Source: an uncultured Actinomycetota bacterium | GTDB lineage: Bacteria; Actinomycetota; Actinomycetes; Mycobacteriales; Jatrophihabitantaceae | Length of the DNA: 32,000 nucleotides | NCBI GenBank assembly: GCA_963750295.1 | Contig: CAVVPY010000001.1 | Span: 1,542,782 to 1,574,781 of the forward strand | Direction: 5' to 3' | Shown: positions 28,335-32,000 of the stretch, in pieces | Position numbering within the stretch: position 1 is the stretch's first letter | Layout: every line of letters begins with the position of its first letter | Program-made: the position numbers and the translations under genes | The notes under the pieces: generated by a model | Databases searched by the model: none | What the model was told of the DNA's origin: nothing | The model's input: the letters and a program-made list of their open reading frames with translations, nothing else

Positions 28335-29138
28335 TCATTGACTGGCGGTGACCCCGCCGTCGATGTAGACGATCTGGCCGTTGACGAACGCGCCTGCGGG
28401 CGAAAGCAGGTAGCGCACGGCGCCGGCGATGTCGTCGGGTTCGGCGAAGCGGCGCAGCGGGATGCGCTGCTTCATCCGCGCGACGAGAGTCTCGTCGGCG
28501 TTCGCGCCGGGCACGAATCCGGTGGGGACGAAGCCCGGCGCGACGGCGTTGACCGTGATGCCGTACGGACCCCACTCGGTCGCGAGCTGGCGCACGAGCA
28601 GGTCGAGGCCGGCCTTGGCCGCGCCGTAGGCACTGAACCCGCCGGGTGCGCCGACCGAGCCGCGCACGGACGACAGATGCACGATGCGGCCGGTTGTGCC
28701 GGCGTCGATCCACCGGCGCGCGACGGCCTGCGAGAGGAGGAACGGGCCGACGAGATTGGCCTCGACGACGTCGCGGAACGCCTCCTCGGGGAATTGCTCG
28801 GCCGGGTGGATCCGCAGCGTGCTAGCGCAGTTGACGACGAGATCTACCGGCCCCAGCGCGCTCTCGACGGCCTCCAGGGACGTCTCGACGCTGACGCGAT
28901 CGCACACGTCCTGCCCGACACCGACGGCCCGCGCGCCGCCGCCGGCATTCTCGAGTTCGGCGGCCAGGGCGCGAGCCCGGTCGCCGTCCCGCCCGGCCAC
29001 GGCGACAGCGGCACCGTGCGCGGCGAGGTCTGCGCTGACGGCGGACCCGATGCCGCCGTAGCCGCCGACGACCAGCGCGACCGCGTCGCGTAGCAGGGCG
29101 GGGTCCGCCGCTACCGCGCGCTCCGTGCTCGCGGTCAC
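28335..29138 (-). CDS. Short-chain dehydrogenase/reductase (possible ketoreductase)
   Basis: GTG 29138; ALVVGGYGGIGSAVSADLAAHGAAVAVAGRD, SSVRGSVGAPGGFSAYGAAKAGLDLLVRQLATEW, NAVAPGFVPT, FVNGQIVYIDGG. Confidence 0.92.
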   Translation of the reverse strand: MTASTERAVAADPALLRDAVALVVGGYGGIGSAVSADLAAHGAAVAVAGRDGDRARALAAELENAGGGARAVGVGQDVCDRVSVETSLEAVESALGPVDLVVNCASTLRIHPAEQFPEEAFRDVVEANLVGPFLLSQAVARRWIDAGTTGRIVHLSSVRGSVGAPGGFSAYGAAKAGLDLLVRQLATEWGPYGITVNAVAPGFVPTGFVPGANADETLVARMKQRIPLRRFAEPDDIAGAVRYLLSPAGAFVNGQIVYIDGGVTASQ

Positions 29139-30136
29139 CGGGCCACCGCGGGCTCGAGCGCGAACAGGCGCGCGGCGTTCGCGCCCATGATCGCCGTGCG
29201 GTCGTCGCCGTCGAGGTCGAGGGCGTCGATCATGCCGATCGCGTCGGCCAGGTCCGTGGCCAGCGGTGGACTGTCGGTGCCGAAGAGGACGTGCTCGGCG
29301 CCGAACAGCCGCACCGCTGCCGCGAGCGCGATCGCGCTCGGGGTCGCCGTGTCGACGTGGATCCTTCGGACCGTCTCGGCCATCGGGGACCGGTGCGCGC
29401 CGACCGGCTTCGCGCCCGGAGGTCCACCCGTGCCGGGCGGCGGTCCACCTGCCCCCGGAGGCGGTCCGCCGGCGGAGCGGCGATCGGCGAGTGCCAGCTT
29501 CTCCGCCAGCAGCGGCAGGGCCCCGCCGACGTTCGGCGCGATGAGGGTGAGCTCCGGGAACCGATCGAACCAGCCGCCGGCCAGCACCGCGGCGACACCG
29601 GCGGTGGTGTCGCACGGCCGGAGCACGTGCTCCACGAGGCCGGCCTCACCGGCCAGCGCGGACGCGCCGACCGGTTCGGCGGGCGGGTGCAGCAGGACGG
29701 GCACCCGCCGCTCGGCCGCGAGCGCGAAGAACGATTCCGCGGCTGGATCGTTCAGGTAGCGCCCGCGGACGCTGGTGTTCGCGATCAGCCCGACGAACTC
29801 GGGCTCGTCCAGCCACCCCGCGGCGAGGTCGAGGGTTGTGTCGGTCGCGAACGGGTTTACGTAGACGTAGGCGCGCAGGTGCGCCGGGCGCATTCGCACC
29901 TGGTCGGCCACCCAGGAGTGGAAGCGTTGCAACCCGTCGACCGGCTGGTCGTAGTTGTCGAGACCGGGGACGGGAACCATCGTCCCGGCGCCGACCGGGC
30001 TGCCGACGACGGTGAGATCGATGCCGTGCGCGAGCTTGGCCTCGATCATGCCGTCGATGTCGGCGAGGCTGCGCGGCATCGGGAACCGATCGAAGAGTTC
30101 CGGTGAGGTGATATGGCCGTGGACGTCGACGTTCAT
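29135..30136 (-). CDS. Amidohydrolase (ACMSD/decarboxylase-like) with Gly/Pro-rich insertion
   Basis: N-terminal VDVHGHI, VPVLLHPP, FPELTLIAPNVGGALP, EHVLFGTDSPP; overlaps the SDR start by 4 nt. Confidence 0.85.
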   Translation of the reverse strand: MNVDVHGHITSPELFDRFPMPRSLADIDGMIEAKLAHGIDLTVVGSPVGAGTMVPVPGLDNYDQPVDGLQRFHSWVADQVRMRPAHLRAYVYVNPFATDTTLDLAAGWLDEPEFVGLIANTSVRGRYLNDPAAESFFALAAERRVPVLLHPPAEPVGASALAGEAGLVEHVLRPCDTTAGVAAVLAGGWFDRFPELTLIAPNVGGALPLLAEKLALADRRSAGGPPPGAGGPPPGTGGPPGAKPVGAHRSPMAETVRRIHVDTATPSAIALAAAVRLFGAEHVLFGTDSPPLATDLADAIGMIDALDLDGDDRTAIMGANAARLFALEPAVAR

Positions 30137-30190
30137 GGACGGGATCCCTCGGGTCGGGGCTAACGGGACGGTGACAACGCGGCGCGCGGG

Positions 30191-30679
30191 TCAGGCGCGC
30201 GGTGGGCCCAGTACTTGGCCGCCGTAGCGGGCGACGGCGGCGATGACCTCGCCGAAGTCGGGGAACCGCGAGACGTCGAAGGTGGGCACCTCGAGGCTCG
30301 TGGCGGGCTCGCCCGTCTCGAAGAACCATCCGTCGAATCCGCCAGGAGTGCCGAGCACCAGCCAGCGCGCCTGCTCGGACTCGACCTTGTACGAGTGCGG
30401 AACGTCGCGTGGCGCGAACACCGTCTGCCCCGGCTCGGGATCGTAGGTCCGATCGCCGATCTCGAGACTGAGACGCCCCTCGAGGACGTGGAAGGTCTCG
30501 TCCTCGCGGGAGTGCACGTGGACGGGCGAGGCGTAGTTCGAGCGCGAGGTCTGCTCGGCCAGCCAGAATGCGTTGCCCGACTGCTCGCTCGTCACGTGGA
30601 ACACCATCAGTGCACCCATGTGCCAGATGGCCTTGCCGGTGGTCGGGCTGGTCAGAAGCGGTGCGGCGACGCTGGTCAT
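30191..30679 (-). CDS. Cupin-domain protein (quercetin-2,3-dioxygenase-like)
   Basis: SPVHVHSREDETFHVLEGRLSLEIGDRTYDPEPGQTVFAPRDVPHSYKVES. Confidence 0.88.
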   Translation of the reverse strand: MTSVAAPLLTSPTTGKAIWHMGALMVFHVTSEQSGNAFWLAEQTSRSNYASPVHVHSREDETFHVLEGRLSLEIGDRTYDPEPGQTVFAPRDVPHSYKVESEQARWLVLGTPGGFDGWFFETGEPATSLEVPTFDVSRFPDFGEVIAAVARYGGQVLGPPRA

Positions 30680-30734
30680 GTGGGCTCCTCAGGGCCGACG
30701 GGCGGATGTTGGCGGGACGGGGATCGGGTGGGCC

Positions 30735-31763
30735 TCACGCGGACGGGACGAGCACGAGCTTCCCGGTGACGTGCTGGTGTTCCAGTCGCTGCTGCGCCTC
30801 TGCGGCTCCGGCCAGCGGGACGGTGCCCGCGAGCACCGGTTCGATGGCCCCCCGCGACAGCAGGTCGAATACCGTGCCGAGATCTTCGCGGTACGCCGTG
30901 GGCTGCTTCTTCTCGAGCGCCCACGCGTTGTAGAAGGTCGTCCGCTTGCCGTCCGGGATCAGCTTCGGGGCCGCGATGCCGAGCAGGAATCCCTTCGCAC
31001 CCACCGAGCGGAGCACCTGCCCGTCCACGACGGCGGCGCTCTGGCCGTAGGCGACCATGATCCCTCCGCGTTCGAGCGCGGCGTAGGAACGGCGGAAGTG
31101 CGCGCCGCCGATCGGGTCGAACACGGCGTCGACCTGCCCATCGACGCTGCGGACGACCTCGACGGCGTCCTGCGTGTGGTAGTCGATCGGGTGCACACCA
31201 AGATCGGTGAGCAGGCCGAACTTGCCCGGCGACGCGGATCCCCAAACCTCGACTCCAGCCCGGCGCGCGAGCTGGCAGAAGGCCAGCCCGACACCGCCGG
31301 ACGCGCCGTGGACGAGGATGCGCGAGCCGGGGCCGACCTGCGCGACCCGGAAGAGCATCTGCTGGGCGATGTAGTAGTTCAGCGCCACCGCACTGGCTGC
31401 CACGGGCTCGACGCCGGCCGGCAGCGGGACCAGGCGGTCGGCGGCGACGAGCGCGTACGAGGCGTAGCCGCCCTGCCTGACGAGCGCTGCGACCGCGGTC
31501 CCCGGCTCGAGGCCGGTCACCCCTTGGCCGACGGCGACGACGGTGCCTGCGACATCGAAGCCCGGGGTGAACGGCGGTTTGGGTGCGCCCGGAATCACTC
31601 CGCGCGCCAGCAGGATGTCGCCGAAGGAGACTCCGGCGGCCTGGACCCGGACGAGGGCCTGCCCCGGACCGGGCGTAGGAGCCGCTTCACGCACGACCGT
31701 GAGGGTCTCCGGGCCGCCGCGTCGGGTTGAGACAACGGCTTCGAGCGTCGTGGTCTGGGTCAT
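30735..31763 (-). CDS. Zinc-less MDR quinone oxidoreductase-like protein
   Basis: ATG 31763: MTQTTTLEAVVSTRRGGPETLTVVREAAPTPGPGQALVRVQAAGVSFGDILLARG; ILVHGASGGVGLAFCQLARRAG. Confidence 0.93.
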   Translation of the reverse strand: MTQTTTLEAVVSTRRGGPETLTVVREAAPTPGPGQALVRVQAAGVSFGDILLARGVIPGAPKPPFTPGFDVAGTVVAVGQGVTGLEPGTAVAALVRQGGYASYALVAADRLVPLPAGVEPVAASAVALNYYIAQQMLFRVAQVGPGSRILVHGASGGVGLAFCQLARRAGVEVWGSASPGKFGLLTDLGVHPIDYHTQDAVEVVRSVDGQVDAVFDPIGGAHFRRSYAALERGGIMVAYGQSAAVVDGQVLRSVGAKGFLLGIAAPKLIPDGKRTTFYNAWALEKKQPTAYREDLGTVFDLLSRGAIEPVLAGTVPLAGAAEAQQRLEHQHVTGKLVLVPSA

Positions 31764-32000
31764 CGCAGTGGTCCTCACCTGTTCTGTGCGGGATGCGCTT
31801 CGTCGGCTGTTCGACATCACCCAGTCCAGCACGGACAGCGCCCGTTTCGACCCTTTCGTCGCCAAATTCCCGGCCGTCCGGGAAAGGCTCTTGATCCGGC
31901 CACGAGCGGTTCCCGGCCGGACAGGACACCCGCCCCACGACGCCGGGATCACCCGCGTCCCACGCTCGACAAGACCGAAGCGATGACCCGCGAAATTGGA

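Noticed and set aside
31831-31860. cgcccgtttcgaccctt upstream of the MDR gene resembling cgcccgtttagagggt near 20026
   Set aside because: Shared 8-9 bases only, then diverges; considered as a possible shared regulatory box but too weak without a motif search.

Overview
High-GC actinobacterial-type DNA. Most of the window (about 8.5-31.8 kb) reads as an aromatic (type II) polyketide biosynthetic gene cluster. The minus-strand core operon, in transcription order, is a TcmI-type cyclase, fused AccD-AccA carboxyltransferase, BCCP, biotin carboxylase, ACP, SRPBCC aromatase/cyclase, cupin, KS-alpha, KS-beta/CLF and ABM monooxygenase, followed by a DUF1772/anthrone-oxygenase-like protein, an NmrA-like protein and a membrane protein. 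Most core genes overlap by 1 or 4 nt. A NarL-type response regulator and a soluble histidine kinase lie upstream. A divergent plus-strand group encodes a 2-oxoacid dehydrogenase E1-alpha/E1-beta pair, SnoaL-like protein, FAD monooxygenase, NAD(P)-binding protein and a 78-aa orphan. A second minus-strand group encodes MDR oxidoreductase, cupin, amidohydrolase, SDR, SchA/CurD-like protein, LLM-type oxidoreductase, PPTase and BirA. Notable points: a cluster-borne ACC plus enzymes to activate both carrier proteins; an E1 pair with no E2/E3 in view; a CLF with Ala in place of the usual active-site-position Gln; a perfect 15-bp inverted repeat between the divergent operons; a Gly/Pro insertion in the amidohydrolase; and unusual motif residues in the PPTase. 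The left flank has an ApbE fragment, an LPG-synthase-like membrane protein, a secreted Asp-box/BNR protein, a RibD-C/DHFR-like protein, a secreted propeller-like protein and two apparent gene remnants. All family names come from recognising motifs by eye; no database search was run.
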